A stretch of 36,069 bases of DNA from an uncultured archaeon (GTDB lineage: Archaea > Asgardarchaeota > Lokiarchaeia > Sigyniarchaeales > SOKP01): contig CAZGJX010000035.1 in assembly GCA_964525635.1 (NCBI GenBank), positions 1 through 36,069 on the forward strand. The letters are read 5' to 3'. A program made the translations under genes and the position numbers. Under the pieces are notes generated by a model. The model searched no databases. It saw nothing but the letters and a program-made list of their open reading frames with translations, and had not been told where the DNA came from. Of the stretch, positions 18,281 to 27,674 are shown piece after piece; within the stretch, counting starts at the first letter, position 1, and each line of letters starts with the position of its first letter.

Positions 18281-19567
18281 ATGGAAGTTTTATTATTAAT
18301 AGAAATTATCATTGTATTTTTTATTGCTACAGTAAATATTTTCATAGCAATGAAAATGCATTTGAATCTCCAATTTAGGAATATTATTTCAATATTCTAT
18401 CTTAGAATGGTAAATTACTTTTTTGCTTTAATGATGTTATTTGGTGGATGTTATTTTATTTTTAACATTGAAATTTTATCACGTTTGTTTGGTATTATGA
18501 TTTTTCCACTTACAATATCTCTTGTATTGTCAATTAATTATTTAATGCGAGAAACTTATTTTTCTATAGGACTTATTATTGTGTGTTGTTTGGGTACATT
18601 ATTTTTATATGTAGGAATTCAACCGGATTCTTATAATGCAATGGTTTATTTAAGATATGCAGAAATATCAAAGATAGCTTTATTTGGATATCTATTCATT
18701 ATATTTATAGGAATAATATGTTATTATTTTTTATATTGGGCAATTAAAACATGGATTAATGTTCCATTTTTAATAAAAAAAGATGCTTCTTTCTTATTAT
18801 CTAGCATATTAATAGCTGTGTTTGGAATTTTTTTCTTTTATTTCATATCTCTTATAGAATCATTTTTCTTTTTATTTTCTGAGATTTTTTTAACAATTAG
18901 CATTGTTATTCTTACATTTTCAATCACTAGAGAGCCTAAACTTCTATATATTTTGCCTTTTACAATTTATCGTATCCTTGTTAAAAATAGGGAAGGCTAT
19001 CCATTATTTGACCACGATTGGGCTGAATCAAATATAAGTGAACTACTCTTTACTGGTTTTTTAAACTCTGTGCAAATTATGAGTGAAGAAGTGATGAAAG
19101 TAGGAGGATTATTAGATATAAACCTGAAAGAGGGAGTACTCCTTCTGAATGAATTGGATTATATTACAGTGGGAATAGTTACTTCTAAATCATCAGGATT
19201 ACTTAAAGATTCCTTAATGAAGTTTTCTGCAGATTTTGAAAATAAGTTTCAAAGAGAACTTAAGAAATCCATTAGAGATAAAGAAGTCTATGCGTCCGCA
19301 TATGAGTTAATAGAAAAATACTTTTCTAATTTTCCTTCTAAAATAATAAAAAGCAGAAAAGAATCACTCTTACTTACGACAAAAAAGAGAGAAATTCCAC
19401 TGGTACTTGATAACAAATTAAGAGCCATTTTTAAAGATGAAAAGGATTATTTAGTAAAAAAAGAAGAATTGTTAAAGACACCATATGAGATTTCATCAAC
19501 GTTTTTTGAACTCTATGAAGAACTAAAGGATAAATCTGAAAATAAAAAAAAAGAAGAGGATAAATAG
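18281..19567 (+). CDS. 7-TM membrane protein with a C-terminal longin-like domain (paralog 2)
   Basis: Colinear with the upstream gene (MEVLLLIEII vs MELTLLAEII), with a near-identical longin region and the same …KEEDK* end. ATG 18281 is preferred over TTG 18272. Confidence 0.78.
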   Translation: MEVLLLIEIIIVFFIATVNIFIAMKMHLNLQFRNIISIFYLRMVNYFFALMMLFGGCYFIFNIEILSRLFGIMIFPLTISLVLSINYLMRETYFSIGLIIVCCLGTLFLYVGIQPDSYNAMVYLRYAEISKIALFGYLFIIFIGIICYYFLYWAIKTWINVPFLIKKDASFLLSSILIAVFGIFFFYFISLIESFFFLFSEIFLTISIVILTFSITREPKLLYILPFTIYRILVKNREGYPLFDHDWAESNISELLFTGFLNSVQIMSEEVMKVGGLLDINLKEGVLLLNELDYITVGIVTSKSSGLLKDSLMKFSADFENKFQRELKKSIRDKEVYASAYELIEKYFSNFPSKIIKSRKESLLLTTKKREIPLVLDNKLRAIFKDEKDYLVKKEELLKTPYEISSTFFELYEELKDKSENKKKEEDK

Positions 19568-19755
19568 AGCCTTATCATCATTTTGTTTTTAGGAAAATAT
19601 AATCAAGGATCTTATCTAGCAATATTTCGCCAATTAAATCTAATTAAATTATTAATGATATAATATGATTATTAAAAATTTAGACCCACATGCTTTTTTT
19701 ATGGTAAAATACAATTTAATATATAGGATACTATTCATTTAAAAGAGAAAAGAAA

Positions 19756-21090
19756 GTGGTTCGCCCTCCTAAGACAGAGAAGAATATTTGTATTCGTTGT
19801 AAAGGTGCAAGGTTATTATGTGGAAAAAAAACTTGTCCTATTTTACTTAAAAGTTCAATATTAAAATCAATTATACCTTTTGAAGTGGGAAAATCTTTAA
19901 GAAATGTAGAGATTTTTGGGGCAAGTCCACCTGGTTTTTTTGTAGGGCATTTTAATTATCCTAATGTTAATATTGGTCCCTTAATTCCTTTTAATGAATT
20001 TGAAACCTTCGAAAATATTGACGATTATCATATCCTCGATGCACCTGAACTTTGGTTTGGAAGTTCAATGGATAATATTATTAGATATAGGAGTAGTTTA
20101 GTTAGAAGTAATTTCAAAGTGGATGTTAACATAGGTAAGCAAAAATTAAAAAACAACATAGCATTAAAAACTAAAAGATTATTGGAGACATCTCAAGAAC
20201 TTTCAATGGCGGCTCGGCCAGTTGATACAGAAACAAAATTGGAAAAATTAACTCTTAGAATGATTATGGATAATCATTCACAACCTATAGGGCCCTCAGG
20301 AAATACTGAAAAAATTCATATTACAGAAAATGTTAAAGTTCATCCTAAGGTTGATTATTGTGTTGCGGATACTGATTTAAAAGCAAGAGAAGCTATATCA
20401 GAATATTTATATTTTAAAGGAAATGTACCATTATCGACGATCGAGAGAATTTTTTCTGCTGGATTGCTAGGTGAAAATAAAAATCGCAGAATAGTTCCTA
20501 CAAGATGGTCAATAACCGCAATTGATGACATAATTTCAAAAGGATTAATTAAAGAGGTTAAAAAGTTTCCTGAAATTAATGATTATCAGATTTTTGAATC
20601 TAATTACCTTGATAATCACTTTAAAATCTTATTATTTCCGGGAAAATTTGCTTATGAAATGAATGAAGTGTGGGCTCCAAATTCTATTTGGAATAAGTCT
20701 TTCAATGGAGGACATCAGCTTTTAAAACCTCAAATAATAACTGATTATGAATTCTATAGAGGAAGAAAAAATTATGCGAGCAATATAACTGGTGCTTATT
20801 ATGCCGCAAGAAAATCAGTGTTAGAGTATCTTTACAGAATTAAAAAACAGGCTAAAATCTTAATCTTCCGAGAAGTTGGTTCTGGTTATACTGTTCCCTT
20901 AGGTGTATGGGTTATAAGAGAGACGGTAAAAAATGCTATGGATTTTGGAAATCCTATTATTATTGATAATTTTGATAATGCATTAAAAAAAATGGCAGAA
21001 AGTTTAACTATTGGATTGAAATATTGGGAAAAGAGTAGTAAATTAATTGAATTTCTTAAAACACAAAAAACATTAGATCAATTTATTTAA
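19756..21090 (+). CDS. nreA: Nre-family archaeal DNA repair protein (PCNA-interacting)
   Basis: N-terminal CIRCKG…LCGKKTCP, GASPPGFFVG…YPNVNIGP, RRIVPTRWSITAID, GAYYAAR, PLGVWVIRETV and a C-terminal PIP box QKTLDQFI. Confidence 0.92.
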   Translation: MVRPPKTEKNICIRCKGARLLCGKKTCPILLKSSILKSIIPFEVGKSLRNVEIFGASPPGFFVGHFNYPNVNIGPLIPFNEFETFENIDDYHILDAPELWFGSSMDNIIRYRSSLVRSNFKVDVNIGKQKLKNNIALKTKRLLETSQELSMAARPVDTETKLEKLTLRMIMDNHSQPIGPSGNTEKIHITENVKVHPKVDYCVADTDLKAREAISEYLYFKGNVPLSTIERIFSAGLLGENKNRRIVPTRWSITAIDDIISKGLIKEVKKFPEINDYQIFESNYLDNHFKILLFPGKFAYEMNEVWAPNSIWNKSFNGGHQLLKPQIITDYEFYRGRKNYASNITGAYYAARKSVLEYLYRIKKQAKILIFREVGSGYTVPLGVWVIRETVKNAMDFGNPIIIDNFDNALKKMAESLTIGLKYWEKSSKLIEFLKTQKTLDQFI

Positions 21091-21225
21091 TCTTTAAATC
21101 TATATTTTAAATATATATCAGTCGAAAATAAAGAAAATATACTCTCATGCTTATCTAAAAAAATAAATGTCTTATTTTTCTTTTTAACTTAACTTCTAAG
21201 GAATTTTTATTGATATGTTTGTATC

Positions 21226-22578
21226 TTGAAAAATCATAAAAACCAAAATTTAGTGAAAAAATTATTAAATGAACTATATCAATTTTCAAATCAAGGTGCT
21301 TATACTTTAGATAAGGAATTAAGTAAAAGTTCAATGATATATCATTACTATAATGAAATCATAAGGTTTTGGAGTAAAATCAACTTTATAGTTAAAAAAA
21401 ACTTAAGATTTATTGATCAAACATATAAACTCGATCAGAAGGAATTACCAATATATTTTTATGCAACTTATAGAATTTTATGGGAGAATTGTTCAATTTC
21501 GTCTATTTTGGAAGATTTAGGATATAAATATATTGATAGAAATGAAATAGAAAAATATGATAAACTCAAATCTTTTTTAAAAAAATTAAACACCTTTTCT
21601 CTTTCAATAGCTTTAAAAGGTAAAGAAATAGTAGAGAAAATAAGTATTGAGCAAGCAATTCCAACTTTTTTTATTAATAAATTGTTAAATTTCATGAATT
21701 TCAGATTTTTAAAAGAAAATATTGACGCAATGAATGACTCAACAATAAAAGATTATACTTTATGGTTTAATTTAAAAAAGATTGAGAAAGATAATAGATA
21801 TAATTTTAATTTAATAAAGAAGGAATTAAATGAAAAAGGAATTAATTTCTTTAAAGATCCTCATATTCCATATCTTTTTCACATCAAAAACAAGAAGGAA
21901 ATCACTAGATCTAAGTGGAATAAGAATGGATATTTAATATTCCAAGATAAAGCATCTGTTGCAGTAATTGAAATATTATCACCCAACGATTATGATTTTG
22001 TTTATGATATGTGTGCTGGACCTGGTATGAAAACAAGTTTGGTTGCTCAAATATCTAATAATAATCTGAAGATTATAGCTGTTGAATTCAATGAAAAAAG
22101 GGTAAAAGAAATAAAAAAATTACTAAAAAAATTCAATGTTAATATCTCAAGTCTTCTAAATGCTGATAGTATAAATCCTCCTTTCAATAATAAAATAAAA
22201 TTTGATAAGATTTTATTAGATGCCCCTTGTTCAGGAAGTGGAACTTTTTTATCCAATCCTGAATTGAAATGGCGTCAAAATTCAAAGTTTTTAAGTCAAA
22301 ATGTCTTACTTCAAGAAAAATTACTTAATTCAGCAATTAAACTATTAAAACAAGGGGGAATCCTTGTATATTCGACTTGTAGTTTATATGCTGAAGAAGG
22401 AGAATATCAAATAGAGAAAATCTTGAATGATTTAATACCTTTAGAATTACCAGATTGGTTAACTCCGGGTTATATTATTAATAATAAAAAAATTCCAGGG
22501 ACAGGAAGATTATTCCCATCAATTCACAGGACTCAAGGTTTCTTTATAGCAAAACTAAAAAAAAAGAATAAAAGTTGA
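21226..22578 (+). CDS. RsmB/NOP2/NSUN-family RNA m5C methyltransferase
   Basis: FQDKAS, DMCAGPGMKT, ILLDAPCSGSG, LVYSTCS (both catalytic Cys) and GFFIAKL. Confidence 0.92.
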   Translation: MKNHKNQNLVKKLLNELYQFSNQGAYTLDKELSKSSMIYHYYNEIIRFWSKINFIVKKNLRFIDQTYKLDQKELPIYFYATYRILWENCSISSILEDLGYKYIDRNEIEKYDKLKSFLKKLNTFSLSIALKGKEIVEKISIEQAIPTFFINKLLNFMNFRFLKENIDAMNDSTIKDYTLWFNLKKIEKDNRYNFNLIKKELNEKGINFFKDPHIPYLFHIKNKKEITRSKWNKNGYLIFQDKASVAVIEILSPNDYDFVYDMCAGPGMKTSLVAQISNNNLKIIAVEFNEKRVKEIKKLLKKFNVNISSLLNADSINPPFNNKIKFDKILLDAPCSGSGTFLSNPELKWRQNSKFLSQNVLLQEKLLNSAIKLLKQGGILVYSTCSLYAEEGEYQIEKILNDLIPLELPDWLTPGYIINNKKIPGTGRLFPSIHRTQGFFIAKLKKKNKS

Positions 22579-22602
22579 TTTGTGTAATTATTAAAAAGTT
22601 AA

Positions 22603-23427
22603 ATGAGAGAATTTCTTATGAGTAGAAAACAAAAATTTATGACTATAGGGCAAATTGATGCAACTGGAGTTACTGGGCCTCATGAAAAAGAATTAAGAGA
22701 AATTTGTGTCAGAAAGGCACCAATATTTAGAATGATGGATATTGATATAATTGAGAATATTATTATCAAAGATCTTAATGGAAAATTAGAGAATATTGGA
22801 TTTGATGAAGATTGGACGATTACTTTAGAATTTTTTCCACAAATAAAATTACATATATTATATTATGATTATGGTAATGAATTTGATGATATTAAAGATG
22901 AATTAAAAATTTTGTTCTCAGGAGAAAGAGCGTATTGGATACCTGGAGAAGATCTAGCTACATATATAGAAATTATTATGGATTTTATTGAAAAAAGAAG
23001 CAAATCTTTAACTTCATTAAATCAAAATTATAAAAAAAAAACAAATTTAATGCGTAAAATCATTGAACAACGTAAAATAGCATTTAAATTTATAAAAGAG
23101 ATAGATATTAAAGATTTTACACAATATTTAAATGCTAAAGTTTGGAAAACCACTTCTGGAATGAGAATAAAAAAGGAAATTTTTCCAGAAATATTTATTG
23201 AGATAATCTATGATAGTGTTAAATATGAATTGGATATATCATATTCAGGAAGCAAGTTAATAAATATTAGTCATTATCATATTGAATTAATTGGAACATT
23301 TCTTATAAATCATATCTTAAGATATATAGTAATTAATAATCAAGATAAGGAATTACCAGACATTTGCTATATGATGTTTTCTAGATTATTTACTAAAGAA
23401 AAAGGATGGTACTATAGAAGAAAATAG
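22603..23427 (+). CDS. Hypothetical protein with two DUF3786-like repeats
   Basis: EFFPQIKLHILYYDYGNEF…LKILFSG…IPGEDLA resembles the DUF3786 C-terminal motif. A second degenerate copy reads EIFPEIFIEIIYD…LDISYSG. Confidence 0.55.
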   Translation: MREFLMSRKQKFMTIGQIDATGVTGPHEKELREICVRKAPIFRMMDIDIIENIIIKDLNGKLENIGFDEDWTITLEFFPQIKLHILYYDYGNEFDDIKDELKILFSGERAYWIPGEDLATYIEIIMDFIEKRSKSLTSLNQNYKKKTNLMRKIIEQRKIAFKFIKEIDIKDFTQYLNAKVWKTTSGMRIKKEIFPEIFIEIIYDSVKYELDISYSGSKLINISHYHIELIGTFLINHILRYIVINNQDKELPDICYMMFSRLFTKEKGWYYRRK

Positions 23428-23482
23428 TCCTCTTAAAGAAAATTACTTTTCATTTTAAAATATTGAAAAAAATAAAAATTAA

Positions 23483-24043
23483 TTATATACTAGTCCATAA
23501 TTGAGCTCTTCCCTTTTTTCCTGTACGTTTTATTTTTCGATCACTTTCCAGATCAGATATTAATTTCCATATCTTAGAATTTGTTAATTTAAAATACTTT
23601 CTTAATTCTGGAGTAGACATTTCTTTATCATTTAATATATTTACAATTAATCTTTTAACCTCATCAATCGTATCTTCATCAGATTCTTCTGATTTATCTA
23701 CTTCTTCTTCTTCATTATCAGTTTCCATTTCAACCATAATACGAGAAGCAATTTTGTTTAAATTTTTAATATTTGTTTCAATATTCCTTGGTTTCATAAA
23801 AAGGCAACATAATTCTAAATCGTTTGGAAAAGCAACAACATAAAAATTATCATATAAAATTGCTCTTGGTTTTTTTCCAGCATTTCCACCACGGAAAGAT
23901 AAATAAAAATTAACTGCAAAATCATCTAAATTAACAAAATCTTTAATATTCTCAAATTTTTTTTTCCATTTAAGAAATGGTCCATTAATTAAATCAAATC
24001 CTACTAATGCAACAGAAAATAGTTCATTTTCTTCGAAATTCAT
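23483..24043 (-). CDS. uDENN/longin-like N-terminal domain, acidic linker and C-terminal winged-helix
   Basis: SVALVGFDLINGPFLKW matches the FDxxxGP start of uDENN/longin folds. D/E-rich linker, then IVNILNDKEMSTPELRKYFKLTNSKIWKLISDLESDRKIKRTG…QLWT (wHTH). Confidence 0.7.
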   Translation of the reverse strand: MNFEENELFSVALVGFDLINGPFLKWKKKFENIKDFVNLDDFAVNFYLSFRGGNAGKKPRAILYDNFYVVAFPNDLELCCLFMKPRNIETNIKNLNKIASRIMVEMETDNEEEEVDKSEESDEDTIDEVKRLIVNILNDKEMSTPELRKYFKLTNSKIWKLISDLESDRKIKRTGKKGRAQLWTSI

Positions 24044-24570
24044 TTTATCAACTCCTTACGTGTTAATACTTGATTTAATTCTTTTTCAATAGTTTGTATT
24101 AATTTAATTCTGTCTTGAGAATTTATTGCTGATAGACCAATTGTTTTTGTATGAAGTAAATTTTCTACTAATTTAAAATGCATTCTTCCATCCTTATTGC
24201 AGAGATCTTGTTTATTTGCAATTGCAATTATCGGGCAGTCATCAAGCATTATCTCCTTAGTTTCATTAATAAGCTGTCTTGATCGTAAAACATTTATTGG
24301 TGTAGAATCTGTTACAACAAGTATAAGGTCAGAACCTAAGACAAAATCGTTTAAATATGTTGTAATATAATATGTTTGGCCGCCAAAATCCCAAACTTTC
24401 AGTTTGTACTGGCCGAATTTAACCGTTTTAAGATCAAAACCTGCAGTAGGAATATATTTTTTTGTAGTTTCTTTTTGGGCTAACATTTTAACCATAGTTG
24501 TTTTCCCTACTGCTGGAAATCCAATTATCGAAACTTTAATAGTATCATTAATACCAGTTGTCCCTAACAT
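24040..24570 (-). CDS. Arf-like small GTPase (Ras superfamily)
   Basis: G1 GFPAVGKTT, G2 IPTAGF, G3 WDFGGQ, G4 NKQD, G5 SAI. ATGA overlap with the downstream gene. Confidence 0.92.
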   Translation of the reverse strand: MLGTTGINDTIKVSIIGFPAVGKTTMVKMLAQKETTKKYIPTAGFDLKTVKFGQYKLKVWDFGGQTYYITTYLNDFVLGSDLILVVTDSTPINVLRSRQLINETKEIMLDDCPIIAIANKQDLCNKDGRMHFKLVENLLHTKTIGLSAINSQDRIKLIQTIEKELNQVLTRKELIK

Positions 24571-24769
24571 AATTAAATCAAAATATTTTTGTTTTGTTAT
24601 GAAAAAACTGTATTTAAAAATAAAAAAAAAGAGTATTACCTTGGTGATATATAACAGTAATTATGACATGTTTTATTTAGTTGTCAATTAAATTATTATT
24701 TAAATTAAACTGAATTTTTAGCTTCTTGGGAAAATTTTATAATATTTTAAGAATAAATACACATTATCT

Positions 24770-25615
24770 ATGAATCAAAATAATAAGAGAGAAGATAATA
24801 ATAAATTTATTAAAATAATAATCGATGCATTAAAACTATTTAAAAATAATTATTTTAAGATCTTTCCTATATTTCTCTTTTTTTCTGTAATAAATTTAAT
24901 TATTAAAGTCTTTTCTTTAACAGAAATAAATTATCAACTAATATTATTAAGAGATCAAATAGAAGAAAACAGCTTTAATGAAGAACTAATTCTATTATAT
25001 TTTGGAGCAATAATAATCGAATTCATAACCTTTAGCATTTTTACTATTTTTGCTTTATCTTTAGTCTCTCGATATTTATATAAGAGATATACAAACCAAG
25101 AAGCAAATTTTCTAAAAGATTTAAAAAAATCCATCAATAAGCATTTAATTGTTATTCTTCTCTTATTAGGAGTATGTGTACCATTTGGAATGATTTTAAT
25201 TCTTCCAGGATTGTTAATTTATAAATATTCTATTTTCTCTATTTTTACTTATAATATCCCAGAAATTAAAAAACCCCTTTCTGATGCAAAAAACATCTCG
25301 GAAGGATATCTCTGGAGAATTATTATAATATTGATTCTAACTCTTATCATCGGATTATTATCGGCTTTTCCCGTTCGTTCAGTATTATGGAATTATTATG
25401 AATCGTTTATAATTTCAAGAGATTATGGTATGCTATTTTTATTCTATTTTGTATGTAATATTATCAGCATTATCCTTTCTCCATTGATTGTATGTTTATT
25501 AACATCTTTATTTCATTCTTGTTATGATTCATATAAAGTTGAAATCGAATATCTAAAATCATTAAGAGAAAAGAAAGAAAACTACAAAAGAAGGAACAAG
25601 GATAAAAAAAGTTAA
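24770..25615 (+). CDS. Polytopic membrane protein (about 5-6 TM) of unknown function
   Basis: IIDALKLFKNNY start, ILPGLLI…FS and S(K)…SEGYLWRI pattern of generic GDPD-membrane-domain-like proteins. Basic C-terminal tail. Confidence 0.65.
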   Translation: MNQNNKREDNNKFIKIIIDALKLFKNNYFKIFPIFLFFSVINLIIKVFSLTEINYQLILLRDQIEENSFNEELILLYFGAIIIEFITFSIFTIFALSLVSRYLYKRYTNQEANFLKDLKKSINKHLIVILLLLGVCVPFGMILILPGLLIYKYSIFSIFTYNIPEIKKPLSDAKNISEGYLWRIIIILILTLIIGLLSAFPVRSVLWNYYESFIISRDYGMLFLFYFVCNIISIILSPLIVCLLTSLFHSCYDSYKVEIEYLKSLREKKENYKRRNKDKKS

Positions 25616-25703
25616 ATTTTTTTTTTTTTCTAAAATAAAAATCGAAAATTAAATTTCTGAAGTAAATAAAAATAAATTAGTACCTTAATTTATTGGATTT
25701 GAG

Positions 25704-26495
25704 ATGTATATAAATTTCGAGAAAAAATTTGAATTAAATAAGGATGAAATAAATAATCCAGTAATATTAATTGGATGGCCAGGTATTGCTTTAGTAGGAA
25801 AATTAGCTATAAGTTCAATAAAGGATTCTATTGATGCTCAACTCTTTCTTGAAATAAAGTATTTCGATTTTCCACCTAAAAGTTTTGTTGAAAAAGGATC
25901 ACTTGGAGTTCCAACAGCTAAAGTATATTATAAACACAGAGAGTCTGGAGATTTATTTATATTAACTGGAGATTTTCAACCTCAGACTCCTGAAGGTGTG
26001 TTTGATTTTTCTCAAAAGTTTTGTGAGGAAATGAATATTATTACAGATGAAAAAATAAAGATGTATATAAGTACAGGAGCAATGGTATCAGATAAATCAC
26101 TTAATAAAAAAAAACCTGATGTTTATATATGTGGAACTGATGAAAAAATTGTAGAGTCTTTTCTAGAATTCGATAATACAACAATGATGGAAAATGGTAT
26201 TATTGCAGGAGCTAATGGTATCTTACCCGCTTGGGCAGGAAATAACGGTTATGCACCAGGAATATGCCTATTGGCGGAGACTTTACCTATGGGTATGATT
26301 AATTTAGATCCTAAAGCATCTAAAGCACTAGTAACCCTATTGAAAAATTATTTTGATATTGATATGGATTATGCAGAGTTAGATAAAAAAATTAAAGAAA
26401 TGGAAGATATGCTGGATAAATTTAAAGAAAAATCAGATTATTTTATGAGAGATCATCCTCTGGATGAAGGTCATGAAGACTCTTATTTCCGTTAA
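25704..26495 (+). CDS. PAC2-family proteasome assembly chaperone
   Basis: ILIGWPGIALVGKLA, ILTGDFQP, GIIAGANGIL, CLLAET and DPKAS motifs, with C-terminal …SYFR. Confidence 0.88.
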   Translation: MYINFEKKFELNKDEINNPVILIGWPGIALVGKLAISSIKDSIDAQLFLEIKYFDFPPKSFVEKGSLGVPTAKVYYKHRESGDLFILTGDFQPQTPEGVFDFSQKFCEEMNIITDEKIKMYISTGAMVSDKSLNKKKPDVYICGTDEKIVESFLEFDNTTMMENGIIAGANGILPAWAGNNGYAPGICLLAETLPMGMINLDPKASKALVTLLKNYFDIDMDYAELDKKIKEMEDMLDKFKEKSDYFMRDHPLDEGHEDSYFR

Positions 26496-26538
26496 AAAAA
26501 TTAAAAACTCTTTACATTATATAGATTAAAAAGAAGAT

Positions 26539-27414
26539 TTATGATTCTCTAATTTCTATTTCAAAATAAGTAGTTATACCAATTTCTTTTGCTTTTTTTA
26601 GTAAATATTGTTTTCTATCTTCAGAGTTAATTTTTAATAATGGTAAAAGGGGAATGAAAATAGCTGTGATTATAAAAGGCATCAAAGGCCATAAAACTAT
26701 CATACCAAAAGCAGTTATTGGATCTTTTAAGTCTACAGAAGGGAATAAGTTAGCATAGAATTCATAAAAAACAAATATAATAGAAATTCCTGAATATCCT
26801 TTAAGAATATATAAAAACCAGGATCCTATATTCTGAACTTTTGTATTTATAGGTTTATTTTCAATATATTTTTTATTTGTAAAGATTATTCCAGAATCAA
26901 TTAAAAAATATATTGCGGAATATACAATAATAGAAATTATAGCACAAATTCCTATTAATGGTAATATTAAAACCATCATTATGATACTATCATCAGCACT
27001 TTCAAGAAGAGTTGGTGCAATTATAAGTTCTCTAATAACTGCTAATTTTGATAAAATTAATGCAAGATTTAAAGTTAATAATGCGGGAAAAAAAAGCCTT
27101 ATAAAATTGAATTTCAACTCTTTATTGTTAGGTCTAAGTTCAATACCATATTGATATCTAGATTTAAATATAAATTTATGAAGTTTTAAAAATAACGGTG
27201 AAACCAGATAAGTTAGAGCAAATCCTATAAAGGGAGATATAATATATATAATTAAGAATACTAAAGTATCCCATAATATAATATTGTTGAAAAGAGAAAA
27301 ACGATAAATTTTAATTGGTTCCATGAAGAACCCCATAATAAAATTAGGTATAAATCCAAGAGAAACAAAAATAAAATAAATTAAAAACCATTTTTTAATT
27401 TTTGAAATTGTCAT
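26539..27414 (-). CDS. Hypothetical polytopic membrane protein (about 6 TM)
   Basis: Long ORF with multiple hydrophobic helices and LIDSGIIF / LKGYSGIS motifs. No family recognised. Confidence 0.65.
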   Translation of the reverse strand: MTISKIKKWFLIYFIFVSLGFIPNFIMGFFMEPIKIYRFSLFNNIILWDTLVFLIIYIISPFIGFALTYLVSPLFLKLHKFIFKSRYQYGIELRPNNKELKFNFIRLFFPALLTLNLALILSKLAVIRELIIAPTLLESADDSIIMMVLILPLIGICAIISIIVYSAIYFLIDSGIIFTNKKYIENKPINTKVQNIGSWFLYILKGYSGISIIFVFYEFYANLFPSVDLKDPITAFGMIVLWPLMPFIITAIFIPLLPLLKINSEDRKQYLLKKAKEIGITTYFEIEIRES

Positions 27415-27674
27415 CTTTTATTATATAAATTTTTTTAGAAATAAATTAGTGAAAATAATTAACTATCTTAAATAGAATTAACTTTTTTCAATATATTACA
27501 AATTAAATATCTATTTAAGGAAAAAATAAAATTAATACTTTTTTCATTGGAATAAAATATATGGTTTTTTCAATATAAAGAAGAAATCATTTATGATAAC
27601 ATTTAGGATTTTTTGGAAATATTATTCAACATATTAAATACATATCAGGTTTGATCATAGATAATATATTAAAT

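Noticed and set aside
16706-19567. Rhodopsin, true GPCR or histidine kinase identity for the 7TM proteins
   Set aside because: No retinal-binding Lys in TM7, no DRY/NPxxY motifs, and no H-box or HATPase domain.
21468-22256. Minus-strand ORFs 21468-21695 and 22047-22256
   Set aside because: Antisense shadows of the m5C methyltransferase.
24404-25137. ORFs 24404-24691 (+) and 24955-25137 (-)
   Set aside because: Antisense to the GTPase and membrane protein genes, with no independent features.
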